Assembly (NCBI GenBank): GCA_965153355.1
Contig: OZ231126.1
Location: 37,014,001 to 37,078,000, forward strand
Length of the DNA stretch: 64,000 nucleotides
Reading direction: 5' to 3'
Source of the DNA: Flaccisagitta enflata
Lineage: Eukaryota
Part shown: positions 26,987-40,863 of the stretch, piece by piece
Layout: every line of letters begins with the position of its first letter
How positions within the stretch are numbered: position 1 is the stretch's first letter
Translations under genes and position numbers: made by a program
Notes under the pieces: generated by a model
What the model saw: the letters and a program-made list of their open reading frames with translations, nothing else
Told to the model about the DNA's origin: nothing
The model's database searches: none

Positions 26987-27234
26987 TAAGTTAAAATTGG
27001 GCTTTTTTAGGCCCGGCTCCCTGGCAAATGTTCAGCCGAATTTGGGTAAGCTTGTTTTATGAAGCCTCTGATACCGTCGGAAAAGGAAAGTAAGAATAAA
27101 AAAAGGGGGGAAGAAAGAAAGAAGGGAAGTAAGAAAGAAGGGAAGAAAGAAAGAAATAAAGAAAGGAAGGAACAAAGAAAGAAAGAAAGAAAAAAAAAGA
27201 AAGAAAAGAAGAAAGAAAGAAAAAAAGAAAGGAA

Positions 27235-27265
<31 letters not shown>

Positions 27266-27268
27266 GGA

Positions 27269-27316
<48 letters not shown>

Positions 27317-27462
27317 AATGCATACGTACGGTTACAAAATGAAACGTCTTGTTAGAAAATAAATTCAGAGACATGCTGAGAGCATAATCTGGCAAGAAAA
27401 ACGCTTTTAATCCCATATTCAGGCTGACGACTCAAGTAACTTGACTTTTTTTCACGACAACG

Positions 27463-27558
<96 letters not shown>

Positions 27559-28334
27559 GCAACAATAACGTTACTACCAGGAAACGTTGAACGAGCCTGT
27601 GAGCAGTGAGCGGTGCGAGCGAACAAACATAGTGAGCGACCCAGTGGCCCGTTTAAAACGCAATTGTCATGTGTCGGTGGGTCGTTCAAATCTACCACAG
27701 ATCGATGGTAAAGAGTTGAAAAATTAGTTATGAAATCTTTAACTTGTATGTTCTATGCTAGACTTGAATAAGATTAGAACAAAAAATAATCGATCTGCGT
27801 GAATGACGCCCATTTTCAATTCATTTAACCGGCCTAAAACATTTGAAAATGACAAGATTTCTTTGTTAATTTTCTAAAGGGACACAAAAAACAGTAACTG
27901 AAATTTGTAAAAATTGCTACGAATTTGTACCAAGTGGGTAGTTGGATGCAGAATTGCCTGAGGAATCGATTGAAATTGGTCTCAAGTTGATCGGGAAAAA
28001 AGTTGAAGTCAGTCTTCGACTTTTTGACATATTCCAGAGAAACAGGGTTTTCATTTTCGTATTAGGAAGTTGAGGGTCTTGACCAATCAAATGTGGCCTC
28101 CAATGAAATTGATAGGATGAGTAGATTTTCATTCATTTGGCGCTTCGCAGAATGCTCTACAACGATTATTTTTCGCACTATGATTTTTAAAGATTTATTT
28201 ACGAAAAATTCGAATTGATTTTTTTTTCGATTTATTATGATTTTAAGTAGGATCAATAAAAGAATGTATTTATGTTTGTTTGAGCATGCAAATACAATAA
28301 AACATGTTTATGAGCATAGCTGCTCATCTGAGAG

Positions 28335-29240
28335 GGTGTTTTTCAATAGCATAACAAGAATTTGCACAAAGTCATAGGAAAGTTCCCTTTCAAAGGGATA
28401 TCGCTCAAAATCATGTATAATGATGGTCCAAGAAAAAAATTTAGCTATGGAACCCCTATAAACTACAGTATGTTTCAACTCGTTTGTAACATTATACAAC
28501 GGCAAAACTTTAGAAGGAATAAGGATAATTCAAGTCTGAAAAAGACCTTTCATAGGTAATAGTTTAGCATTTTATACTAAACAATTCTCAGGGATTTTCT
28601 ATAGAATTTTGATACATTTTACACCCTGAGGAGCTTTGGATCAAATTATGCAAAAAAGGTTGTTTTTTTCCTTTTTTTTCAACAAATTGCATTCATAGAC
28701 AATTTTCTCTCTCTATTTTCATAAATTATATTAGAATATCTTATATTTGAAACCTATCTGGTATGAAAATTCTAAATTTAAAAAAGAGCAACATAAGAAA
28801 ATATTCTTTTTCACAAGGACATAAAAACTTTTTTATTTTTAGTTTATGATATGTTAAAGGGTTTAAATTTTTCCACAAATCACCGGAATCAATTATCATA
28901 AAATGCTAAACTATTACGTACAAAAAGTTTTTTTCAGAATTGAATTATCTCTATTACTTCTAGAGTTATGCCGTCGTATAATGTTAATAACGAGTTAAAA
29001 CATACTGTATAGTCGCCACCCCCCTCATTCCCATAGAAAATGTATGGGATGGATTTGGCCTTCAGAGTTGCCTATACTTTATTATGGGGAAGGGGGTGGG
29101 TGGCGGCCATAGTTTATAGGGGTCCTATGGCTAATTTTTTTTGTGGACCATCCCTATGCATGATTTTGAGCAATATCCCTCTGATAGAGAACTTTCCTAT
29201 GACTTTGGGTAAAAAATTGTTGGGCTATTTTTGAACATTC
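28335..29240. mobile_element. Palindromic MITE with a ~100-bp mini-element nested at about 29009-29111
   Basis: Arms caaagtcataggaaagttc...acccctataaact and agtttataggggtcc...gaactttcctatgactttg. The insert is bounded by tagtcgccacc / ggtggcggccata. Confidence 0.75.
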
Positions 29241-29334
29241 TAGCTCATTCAGCTCATTTAGCTCATTTTGCTCAATCTTTTTTACTGATTTCAAATGCGA
29301 TAAATAAATCAATATTTTGATATATGTTAAAACA

Positions 29335-31380
29335 ATTTTTTGTTTATTTGGAAACGAAATTAGGAGCAAATAAACGATTTTGGATGAGGAGGAGCAGGAG
29401 GGGGACGAAGAGGAGAGAAGTATAACAAGGCCGGCTACACGGCTACCGAAGTCGCGTGCGCGTGCGGGTGGGCAGGACCATGTTGAGGTCACCATACCAT
29501 GTGGGCAGGAGCAGTGAGGTCAAAGAAATAAAACCATTAAAAAAGTAAAGTGTAACCGACCGACCGACTGACCAACCGACCGACCGACCAACCGACTGAC
29601 TGACAAAACGGGTTGTAGAGTCGCCTGCACGCAACTGAAAATCTGTTTATGAGATCAAATTTATGGTACCAAATAAACAAATTCGTTTATGAGATTCCTT
29701 TTATTGGTGTTTATAAACACAAAAATTTCTAAAGGAGGTGAACGTTTATGAAAAAAAATTTATGGTGCCAAATAAACGATATTGTTTATTTGGAAAGGAA
29801 ATTGGGAGCAAATAAACAATTTTGGATGAGGAGGAGGAGGAGGAGAAAACATAAAAATCTGTTTATGAGAATAAATTTATGGCACAAATAAACAAATTCG
29901 TTTATGAGATTCATATTTTTGGTGTTTATAATTACAAAAACTTCTAAAGGAGTGTAAACGTTTATGAAAACAAATTTATAGCCAAATAAACGATTTTCTG
30001 TTTATTTGGAAAGAAATTGGGAGCAAATAAACAATTTTGGATGAGGAGGAGGAGGAGGAGGGGAAGAGGAGAAAATAAAAAAATCTGTTTATGAGATCCA
30101 ATTTATGGTACCAAATAAACAAATTTGTTTATGAGAGTTCATATTTTTGTGTTTATAAACACAAAAACTAAAGGAGTGTAAACGTTTATGAAAACAAATT
30201 TATGGTGCCAAATAAACGATTTTGTTTATTTGGAAAAGAATTGGGAGCAAATAAACGATTTTGGATGAGGAGGAGGAGGAGGAGGGGGAGGAGGGAGGAG
30301 AAAAATATGAAAATCTGTTTATGAGATCAAATTTATGGTACCAAATAAACAAATTCGTTTATGAGGTCCATATTTTTGTTGTTTATCAACACAAAACTTC
30401 TAAAGGATTGTAAACGTTTATGATAACCAATTTATGGTAGCAAATAAACGATTTTTGTCTATTTGGGAAAGAAATTGGGGGCAAATAAACGATTTTGGAT
30501 GAGGAGGAGGGGGAGGAGGAGGAGGAGGAGGAGAGAAATATGAAAATCTGTTTATGAGATCAAATTTAAGGTACCAAATAAACAAATTCGTTTATGAGGT
30601 TCATAATTTTGGTGTTTATAAACACAAAAACTTCTAAAGGAGTGTAAACGTTTATGACAACCAATTTATGGTACCAAATAAACGATTTTTGTTTATTTGG
30701 GAAAGAAATTGGGGGCAAATAAACGATTTTGGATGAGGAGGAGGGGGAGGAGGAGGAGGAGGAGAGAAATATGAAAATCTGTTTATGAGATCAAATTTAA
30801 GGTATCAAATAAACAAATTCGTTTATGAGGTTCATAATTTTGGTGTTTATAAACACAAAAACTTCTAAAGGAGTGCAAACGTTTATGAAAACCAATTTAT
30901 GCTGCCAAATAAACGATTTGTTATTTATTTAGAAAAAATTTCTAAAAGAGTGTAAACGTTTATTAAAACCAATTTATGGTGCCAAATAAACGATTTTTTG
31001 TTTATTTAGAAAAAATTTCTAAAAGAGTGTAAACGTTTATGAAAAGAAATTGATGGTGCCAAATAAACGATTTTTTGTTTATTTGGAAAGGAAATTGGGA
31101 GCAAATAAACGATTTTGGATGAGGAGGAGGAGGAGGAGAGAAATATAAAAATCTGTTTATGAGATCCAATTCATGGTGCCAAATAAACAAATTCGTTTAT
31201 GAGGTTCATATTTTTGGTGTTTATAAACATAAAAACTTCTAAAGGAGTGTAAACGTTTATGAAAGCAAATTATGGTGCCAAATAAACGATTTTTTGTTTA
31301 TTTGGAAAGGAAATTGGGAGCAAATAAACGATTTTTGATGAGGAGGAGGAGTAGGGGGAGGAGGAGAAAAAAGATGCTAA
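29335..31380. repeat. Tandem satellite, ~215-235-bp unit, about 8 copies, with a HINE inserted in the first unit
   Basis: ttttggatgaggagg recurs near 29378, 29820, 30035, 30259, 30493, 30728, 31113 and 31333. Internal subrepeats aatttatggt(g/a)ccaaataaac. Confidence 0.92.
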
Positions 31381-32192
31381 AGTACTATTTCCATTGCAAT
31401 TTTTGTGGCTATAAACAAAAGAAATAGGGGGCAAATAAACAATTTTTTTTTATTTTTTGGTGTTTATCAATACAAAAAATTTAGCGTTTACAAACACTTA
31501 ATTTTTGTTGTTTATAAACAACAATATTATTGTGTTTATAAACAATCAATTATGGGCTCTTTTTAACGATTTTTGGGGTCAAAAAAATCAGTAGCAACCT
31601 TCAAAATTTTGATTTTTCTAATAGAACATTTTCTAGTGTGGACATTTTCAGTTTGTACTGATCAGGTCAAACAATCTCTTATTTTCCTTCGTTCATAAAC
31701 AGTGATATATAGTCGTTTATAAACAACGTTTTTTACTGCCATTTAAACAATTTTCGTTTATTTGACTTGCATTTTTAATGTTTATAAACAGTTGTATAGC
31801 ATTGTTTATAGACGGCGTTTATTTGGCGTTTATAAACACCCCTGATATCGAGCACGTAATATCTCGTGCTACGATGATATTATTGATATACTAAGCCTAT
31901 CAATAAAAAAGAAGTACCTTATTTTACATTGATAGAACGTGTACAAGAAAACAAAAAGAACACGCCTAATAAAGCATTTTTCAAGATTTTCAGAAACTCT
32001 TTCAATCTTGACCAATCCCAGGTCTATAAATAAACAGTTTTGAAGCTAGAGCCCTCCTGAGAGGTACGGAATACGTTTTATACAATGTACGTAGGAATAC
32101 CAGATTGAAACCAATTGAAGGTATTTTCAATGGCCTCTTCAGTGAAAATCTATTCAAAGGGTGTCTTATTTATTGATACATGCGGAATCTAA

Positions 32193-32767
32193 CACCTGTG
32201 CAAAAATTATTGCAACAACTTTGTAAGATAGTCAAACCTTAATGAAAAAAAATGAAGAAATTTAGTTTTCACGACTAGTTAGTACTCAAAAAATGCTTCA
32301 CTTTGCTCATGAATAACATCTCAATTAGTTAAAACAAAGCCAAGATATAACAAAATCAGTAAAAACATCTATCTCTCTTGGTACTGCAAAATTACCAGAA
32401 AACAGTGTCATCTTTTAAAAAACTCTTAAATTTGATTGAACATAGACAAAATCATGCGGATTGCGCCACTGGTTAGATCTTGAGCTGTAGTTTAATAATC
32501 TCATGGATTTCAAGTCTAATTTCATAAGCAAAGTGATTAAATCTTGGTGTAAAAATAACCCAAAATTGACATTCTGAACACAACCACCTATCAGTTGTGT
32601 TAAATAAATCTAACTGGCGTCTTCTAAAAGGGATTGAAATTTTTTTTTGTCTTATCATAAGTAGTATTATCATAAATATAACCAAACCTGATCAAATATG
32701 TGAATACAGAATAGTTCAAGGGGACACATTAATAAATGTTGTTGTTGCAATAATTATTGCACAGATG
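32193..32767. mobile_element. Tc1/mariner-like MITE
   Basis: TIR cacctgtgcaaaaattattgcaacaac / gttgttgcaataattattgcacagatg followed by TA. Confidence 0.75.
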
Positions 32768-32964
32768 TAAGTGATATCATCTTAAATTCATAATTACATA
32801 AACTTTATGATAAAGTGTTGCCAGCTCATTTCATACCATAATATCGAGCAAACGCCTCTGTCATCGTCAATGCCATGTTATGAGCAGTGTCTTTTTATTT
32901 CTTTGCCCATGACAGAGGATCAAATTGTAAATTTCCTTTTAATCAACCCCATTTCCTAAAACAG

Positions 32965-33555
32965 ATGGCATACGTCACAGCGTTGGTCATCTCTTTCCTA
33001 ATCAGCGTGATGTTCATCAGCTTCGATCTGCTGCAACAACGCGGCGTTCATTCCATCGTTTTCCAATTCAATTTCTCCGCCGTTTCCTTTTTGACGGCGT
33101 TGGCGGCGTCTTTAGTCTTCGAGCGCGATTCCACGTGGGCGGCGTTGACTTTCATCGCGCCGACTTCCATCGACGGCGCCGTTTCTTTGATCGGCGTCGT
33201 CCTCATCGGCGTTTTCCAGACTTTGGTCCGCTTTTGCGTCTATTTCTCGATGCGTCACACCACGCCGGAAGTCGTGTCGTTGATGGCCGTGTTGGAGATT
33301 CCTCTTTCCTACTTCTTGGCTTATCTCTCATTCGGTCAACGGCCGGATGTTCTCGGCGGCGTTGGTGCCGCGCTTATCTTCGTCGCCGTCGTCATCGTCA
33401 ATATCAATTTCGACGAAAAATGTGGAGGGATTGGGAACGACGAGGAGCGACGAAAGGACGTTAAAAATAGCGTCGAAATAAACGCATCGGCGAAAGAATC
33501 GGTCGTTGAAGACAGGCCGTTGATAATCAGAGAAGCGCGTGAAAACCGGGAATAG
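32965..33555 (+). CDS. EamA/SLC35G-like (DMT superfamily) transporter, terminal exon encoding one EamA repeat plus a charged tail
   Basis: GC-rich ORF directly after the acceptor cctaaaacag. About 5 hydrophobic helices and the motif PEVVSLMAVLEIPLSYFLAYLSFGQRPDVLGGVGAALIF typical of the C-terminal EamA repeat; stop at 33553-33555. Confidence 0.8.
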   Translation: MAYVTALVISFLISVMFISFDLLQQRGVHSIVFQFNFSAVSFLTALAASLVFERDSTWAALTFIAPTSIDGAVSLIGVVLIGVFQTLVRFCVYFSMRHTTPEVVSLMAVLEIPLSYFLAYLSFGQRPDVLGGVGAALIFVAVVIVNINFDEKCGGIGNDEERRKDVKNSVEINASAKESVVEDRPLIIREARENRE

Positions 33556-34285
33556 ATATTTTCATCATCAGGAATCGCATTTGTTGACATTTTTTGATAA
33601 ATCTATTTATTTTAAAAAAAGTCGAAGAATACCTTCTGCTTTTTGAGGCCTACGGCGGAAATCGATTTTCCCATTTTCTTATGAGTGGTTTGAGAAAGTT
33701 GGTAAGTTTTTGGGCCCAAATGGTACTACGCATGAAATTAATAGCTAAGAAAAAGCTAATTCTCCTCTTTCAGATGACGCCAAGCAGAATTCTGTGCGAT
33801 CAATAGTTTTGGAGCTGTGATTTTTTAAATCTTTTTTTATTTTTTCGCGTTTATCTTTTTTTTCCCAAAGATCAATATTTTTTATTGATCCTAATTTCGA
33901 CCCTATACTTATAACATGAAACAAGCCCCAGAGAGCAACAGTCGTGTGCGTCTGGAAATGACAAATAAAAGAGCAGAAACATGTTGGAATGTTAAGAATG
34001 TTAAAAAATGTTGAAAAAAGTAAAAAAAATGTTAAAAAATGTTAAAAAATGTTAAAAATTGTTAGAAAATGTTAAAGAATATTAAAAGATGTTAAAAGAT
34101 GATAAGAGATGTTTAAAAATGTTAAAACATGTTAAGAAATGTTAAAACAATCAAAAATTTAGAAACATTTCGGACGGACCGACCGACCGAGAGACCAAGG
34201 TGTAGAGTGCCGTGCACGTGACTAAAAGAGTCAATATGACGCTAGCTTTTGAATCACTCGCATTTTACCCGGCTTGCTCATGCGC

Positions 34286-34407
<122 letters not shown>

Positions 34408-34460
34408 TTTCTTTCTCTCTCTCTCGCTTTTTCTCTCTCTCTTTTTGTCTCAACATTTTA

Positions 34461-35444
34461 CACTGCGAACCATAAAAAAGATTACAGCTGTTCTAAAAGA
34501 TATTACTCATGAAAAAAATGACTTTTCAATACTTTTTTGTGAGAATTGGAAAAAGTGTTATCAAATGAAGCGAATGTCACAAATCCGATGAGTTTTCATC
34601 AATTATTTTAGATTTTATGACAAAAAGATGAAAGTGGTGCCAGAATCTATGTCTGAACTATAAATTCTTTAAAAAGTATCAATAAGGGATCTTTTTTATT
34701 GGATTTTTGGCATTAGCAGTGCAAGAAATCAATTGAAATCATAAATCATTTAAAAGATATTCAAAACAGCTTTCATTTGCCGCACATCTCACATTTCTAC
34801 CTCAATTCGTTTAGACGCAGTAAAAAATAGACTGAAGAGTATTCATTTTCAAGTTTGAAAAAGTGCAATACCAAAATGTACCCATTTAACTTCAAATGGA
34901 TGTGATTTCCAAACGAATAAAGTTAGGAGTCTGGGAATGGTCTAGAATGAAAGATCTTTTAAAAATCTTTCAAATGGTCACTGATTTTGTTTACTTTCTT
35001 TTATTTAAACATGGATATTTTAAGAGAAGAAAAAGATCAGTATTTTTTTGAATTTGTGTGAAGAAAATATCATTTATAAAGGGTTCAAATCAAGTAAAAA
35101 CCGATCGAAATCAATGACATTGAGAAAGCCCTTCAAAAAATCTGTCATTTGAGCCGTTTCTTGAGTTACTAGCTCAATTGGTTTACAAATTGCAATAGTT
35201 TTAGTAAAATTTGTCATTTACAAACTATCACAAAAAATCTGTTGTTTTCCCACTTCGGTTTTGATACATTTGTCTTCATTTTAACATAAAATCCAAACAA
35301 ATTGATCGAATTCGATGGGACTGGTGGCAAATTGTTCATTTTTTGAAGCTCTTTAAAATGCTCATGAGTAACAATAAGATTTGTTGAATTTGAACTGTGT
35401 GAAACTATACTGAAAGTTGTAACTTTTTTTTATGAGTCGCACTG
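34461..35444. mobile_element. Tc1/mariner-like MITE
   Basis: TA-cactgcgaaccataaaaaagattaca ... tgtaactttttttatgagtcgcactg-TA. Confidence 0.75.
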
Positions 35445-36404
35445 TATTTACGACTTTTTTCTTATGGTGATTAGCCGCCTTTATTGTATTAATAGGGGAC
35501 AAGAAGCTTGAAGTTGAAGTAAAAAACAAATTTTCATCATCTATGTCTTCATTTTGAGGTGCATTTCTCGTTTGAATGATATGGGAGAGAGTGAATCAGA
35601 ATACCATTGTACCATCTTTCAGATAGAAAAAAAATCCTTAAACAAGCATCTACTTTGGAGAAGCGCTGTACCTAAACGAGTAAAACGACTACAACCAGTT
35701 TGGTTTTATCTTGAAGATTTGGTTATACTTTTTAAAATGAGACCTTTCTAGGGTTGGTGACTTTTTTGTCCCATGCACACGACTCTTTAACCCGTTATGA
35801 GGTTTGTTTACTTCGTCAACTTAATAAGCGACAGTGGCATACAAAATTCACAACCAAATCACAAACAGACAGTATAAACTAGCATGACTACAATAAAGGT
35901 AAAAGATAATTAGTCGTCCTGGGAGAGAATACCAAAAAGACGTGATACAGTTGCATTAGTATGACCAGGAAGAGAATTTTGAAATTTCCGCCTGACTTTT
36001 TCAAAAATTTCAGTCAGTGATGGGTAATTAAAACCTTCTCTTAGAGTATGGACACGCTCCCACCATTGGAAGGTAAATATCTTACGTATACCGTCATTTA
36101 TGGCAACATTACAATCATTCATCTGCTTAGAAGAGTAATCTTTCACTGACGCAGCGTAAGAAAAGCAGGGGACACAATGGGAATACAAAAGTTGCATCAA
36201 AATGGGCTCGTTTCGTATTTGAATCTGATTAAGAATCGAGTTGGCTGATCTATAAAAAGATCTCAAATCAGCTTCATGAGAGAAAGATAGACCGGGGTTA
36301 CTTGTTAACGTGGCACCCAAATATTTAATTTTTTCCACAAAATCAATGTTACCCCCCGCAATTGTAAGTGGTTTGATTTTGCTGGTATCCACGCCTTTTT
36401 TTGA

Positions 36405-36619
36405 AACAAGGCCGGATACACGGCTACCCCAGTCGCGTGCGGGTGGGCAGGGGCCATAATTGAGGTCAACGAAGCATTTGGGCAGGAGCAGTAAGGCCAA
36501 AAACCCCATTAACGCCGAAAAAGTAAAGTGTGACGGACGGACGGACGGACCGACGGAACGACGGACCGACGGAGGGACGGACGGACAAAGCGGGGTGTAG
36601 AGTCGCGTAGCACGCGACT
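36405..36619 (-). mobile_element. HINE-like element, family A (AGTCGCGTGC type), inserted in the LINE ORF
   Basis: Minus strand reads AGTCGCGTGCTACGCGACT hairpin, (GTCC)n, subTIR GCACGCGACT, 3' hairpin GCCGTGTATCCGGC, CTTGTT. Removal restores LINE peptide IMIF-SKKGVD. Confidence 0.88.
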
Positions 36620-36722
36620 AAAAATCATGATATTTGATTTTTTGGCATTAAAGGATAATCCGTAATTGCAGCAATATGTCTCACATTGCTCGATCATTCC
36701 TTGTAAGCCGGATCGCGTGGGA

Positions 36723-37526
36723 CAGACGTGTAACGATACTATCGACTGGACGATTAATCTGGTCGATTTTCTTAATTTCTGAATAATCTTCCTGATTCAC
36801 CAAAACGCTTATGTATCGGGTCGATTTTTTGTCTTATTTTCCGGCACAAAGGAACTTAGCTCAAATTTAGTAATGAGACTGATCTCTGGGTTTGAATTAA
36901 GAAATAAGCTCGTAAAATTGAATACTTTTGATATTGAATAGATTAAAACGGAATAATAAACAAATTGAGAAAAATTTTAGCACACTGGAAAATGCAAGAT
37001 TTCACTCAATCATGCAAATTAGAGAAACGCACGGGCGTGCATGGCTGCTCAAAGCAGAATTTCTTCATGTAGGGATTATATCAAAGCCTTTTTTAAGTGC
37101 GAGCCTCTGTTGGTTGGTTGGTTTGTTGGTTGGTTGGTCAGTTCGTCAGTCAAATGTTTGAAATGCACAAAATGGCTGATTCTGACATCAAAATTTCTTT
37201 TATCAAAATGTTCCCCATTTCGAGTATACTCTTGAACACTGGATAGAAAAGTACTTTCTGGCTTATTTGCGAAGTGATGGGAACTATTTTTGTTTTTGCC
37301 AAAATTCAAGTGGTTCTTTACAAAGCAAAGGTGAAATATTTCATATATCTTATGTTGTCATGCCGAGAGGCTTCTAAAACATGTTGCTCTGACTGTAAAC
37401 AGCATTTGTAAATGGGAAAAGGGCTAACTGACAAAAAATCGACTTATGGTCGATACTTTGTTTGGGATCGACCATGATTCGATCGACCCGGTCGATACTG
37501 TAAAAAGAAAAATCGTGACACCTCTG
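36723..37526. mobile_element. hAT-like MITE (804 bp) inserted just after the LINE catalytic motif
   Basis: TIR cagacgtgtaacgat / atcgtgacacctctg; perfect 8-bp TSD gcgtggga (36715-36722 and 37527-37534). Confidence 0.9.
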
Positions 37527-40500
37527 GCGTGGGAGATAAAAGAACAATGTCATCAGCAAAAAAAAGTGAAGACAGAAATAAACCATCAATATGACAGCCA
37601 AGCTTCAATTGACGTAGTTGTTAATTGTTGCATTAAGCCATCGTAATAACAGGCGAAAAAGTCAGGGGAGTTTATCCCGCCCTGTTTGATACCAAGAGGG
37701 ACGGGAAAAGAGCGACTAATTTCTGTGCCCCGCTTAACTTCTGAATACATGTTTCCGTACCAAAACACGAGGCAGAGTAAGATACAAAGTGGAATTTTTC
37801 GATTCATTAACTTTGAAAATAGACCGTAGTGTGATATTCGATCAAAAGCCTTGCTACAATCTAAAAAAGCAACGTAAACACGTGAATTGTGACTAACAAA
37901 GTGGTCAATAGTTGATTTAAGACAATAGATTGCATGACTCGTGCTCGTTTTCCGCTTAAAACCAAATTGTAGATCATCTGTAATTAGTAAGTGAGACGTC
38001 TTGAGTTGGATTGCAAATTCAAAAAGTTTAGATGGAAGGCTACTTAAAGTGATGCCACGATAATTAGATGGATCAGATGCATCACCCTGAATGTCTTTTA
38101 TAATGGGTGATATGGTGCCCTTTAAAAATTCCGTTGGTACAAAGCCATGTTGTAACATACTGTTAAAAAGGATCTGAAAATGTTGCAGCAATCTTGGACC
38201 ACCATAGAGAAAATGCTGTGGTTTCACAGTGCCTGCTGTTGCTTTGCCCACCTTTACTCTGGAGGCGATATCAATCATGTCCGACCAGGAAAGATAAGTA
38301 GACATAATGTCATCATTAACATGATTTGAAAAGTATCGAGAAAACTCATTAAAAGTGTTTTTTAAAGAAATATGTTCGGGAGTATCATGACCACCGTAAA
38401 CCGATTCAAAGTAAGATGAGAACATATCAGCGATACGTTTTTCATTGGTTTCGCCGGCAATTCTAGACGCAAGAGAGTCACCAACCCTATTCATGGCATT
38501 CCAAGACTTCCAAAAAGAATTGGCATCCCGATTTAGAAGATCAGAACACATTCTATTTGTTTGTTCTCTAGCATAGACTTAGACTCGAAAGTTTTCCTAG
38601 GTCAGTCAGTAGCTCAATCTTTTGCATGGACCTGCTCAGCGCTTTCAATAATGCACGTTTCAAATTTCAAGGTTCTGGCTCAAATACTTTAGAAGTTATG
38701 AGCATTTGTTGGAACCATATCAAACTGAAAAAGTTCCAGGAGAATTTTTAAACTTTCTTTGAAAATATGGCCGGCAGTGAATTTCAACTGAATTTCAACA
38801 AAAAAGTAAAGTTACAGGATTTTGGATCTAGGCAAATCAAACAATTTCCTATTGATTGCACCCTACTTTTAAAAACCATTTTTCAAAAAAATATTTTGTG
38901 ATTTTTTTTTCTAAGTCCTCAACGCGTGACACAAAAATTTTCTAAGTTTTTTTGAAAAAAGTGAAAATGCAAGATTTTGGATCTAGGCGAATCAAACAAT
39001 TTCCTATCGATTGCACCCCACTTTTTTTTTCAGAAAAAGACGTTCAGAATTTTGGTTAATGAGATCAACAGAGTTATGTGCATACACCAAGGTATCTTTC
39101 AGGACCAAATTAAGGCTGATTAATTAGACCTCAAGCTCATGCCGTTAATCCCTCTGGCCCGGCCGCATTTAAAAGAGAAATCGGAAAATTCACCAGGACT
39201 CAGATTCCGGATGTAAGGTCAATCTCTACTCTAGCAGCATCAGATTTGTGTCTACGAAGTGCAATTTTGTACCGATATTGACAATTCTTTTTATGATGGT
39301 CGGATTTATGATCAGTCCTTTTGTTCGTCCGTCTATAACATTTTGCTTTTTTTGTGTGTGTCTATGGGTTTTTTTTGCACTGCCTCTGCCCTTATGCTTC
39401 ATTAATTATTTAGTATCATTGCCCCGTAGCCTTCTTCAATAAGGAGCAGAACTCTCTCAATTCTCTTATTTCGGTGAAGAATCTGCAAGATTAAGATTCC
39501 TACTTTTTCTTTTGCAATGATAACTAAACTAGTTCCTTTTGTTCAGTCAATTGTGCGGGGTGGGGAGGGGGAGCAATGGATGGTTGGAACTTGGAAGGAT
39601 GAAAAAAATGTATTTGAAAACTCTACTGTTCGCCCATCTGCACCGACGGACGGACGGACGGACGGACGGACAAAGCCCCTTATAGAGTTGCGTGTCCGCA
39701 ACTGGAAAAAAAAAAGAAAAAGGGAAAAAAGAGAAAGAAAAGCGAGAGAAATAAGGGAGACTGAACAGTGAACAAGTGAACAAGAGAGCCAGCAAGAATC
39801 AAAGAATCAAAGAATCAAAGAATTATGGGAAGAGAGAGGGCAGAAAAACAGCGAAACGGAGAAGGAAAGAATGAAAGAATGAAAGAAGGAAAAAACAACA
39901 AGAAAAAAAAGGGGAAAGAAAAGTGAAAGAAAAGCGGAAGAATTAAGGGAGACAGAACAAGAGAGACAGCAAGAATGAAAGAGATAAAGATAGGAGAAAA
40001 TGGAAAGATGGAGGAAAGGATGTAAGAAAGAATGAATGATTGAAAGATAGATAGATAATGAAAGGAAGAAAGAAAAAAAAGAAAGGAAGAAAGTAAGGAA
40101 GATGGAAAGGAAAGAAAAAGCAAAGTAAGGAAGAAGAAAAAAAAGAAAGGAGGAAGTATATAACTTCCAGCCCCTTTCAAAGTTTCATACATAATTGCAT
40201 TGTTATTGTCCTTAGTTTCAAACAAACTGCCATTAGACACGACACAATTATCGCTTGGTTCCCTTGATATCAATACCCGGAGCGGATGTTTGACTAGCTA
40301 TTCCTGGGAACTCCTATTTTCTGTGTGACAAATTTCTTTGATTGAAATTGGTGAGTTTGCTTCATTGTGAATGTTTGACTATGCCACTGTGGAAGAAAAT
40401 TGAGCGTCATACCGTCTACAGAGAGCTTCACTAGAGCGCATGCCAAAGGGACTAGGCAAAATTATGCCTTATAATGAAGCTGCCTTCTTGCCTATATACA

Positions 40501-40773
40501 AATAATTACAAAGATCTCTCATCAAATTGTACATTGATGTCTTTTAATTAAGTGTAAATTTTCCATGGGACCGAAAAATATTGCCTGTAAATCATGTTAA
40601 GCTGTTAAATCAGGTGTTGTTAAATCAGGGAAAATCAACGTTATAAAAGCCTAAACAATTTTGGAACCTAAGCGTCAAAGTTACTGAATCAGAAATGCTG
40701 TTTCGTCGTCGCGTGAGCTAAGCGTGACTTTATTTGGTCGGTGCGCCTGTTGGTCTTTCGCGTTTCTCTCTCC

Positions 40774-40863
<90 letters not shown>

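Larger units (their letters stand above)
35910..38551 (-). mobile_element. 5'-truncated non-LTR retrotransposon (LINE, probably L2/Daphne/Crack group), RT region, disrupted
   Basis: Motifs NYRGITL, QFGFK..ST..A, AFLDCSKAFDRI, GIKQGGINSP, FFADDIVLLSPT (about 37530-37565), FNAKKS and KYLG. One frameshift near 37615-37625 and two TE insertions. Confidence 0.93.

Noticed and set aside
27900-28260. Possible exon or transposase remnant
   Set aside because: Short ORFs with no recognisable motif or consistent splice sites.
29335-31380. Regular repeats superficially like a CRISPR array (also 62100-63380)
   Set aside because: Whole units are repeated with no unique spacers, there are no cas genes, and the context is eukaryotic.
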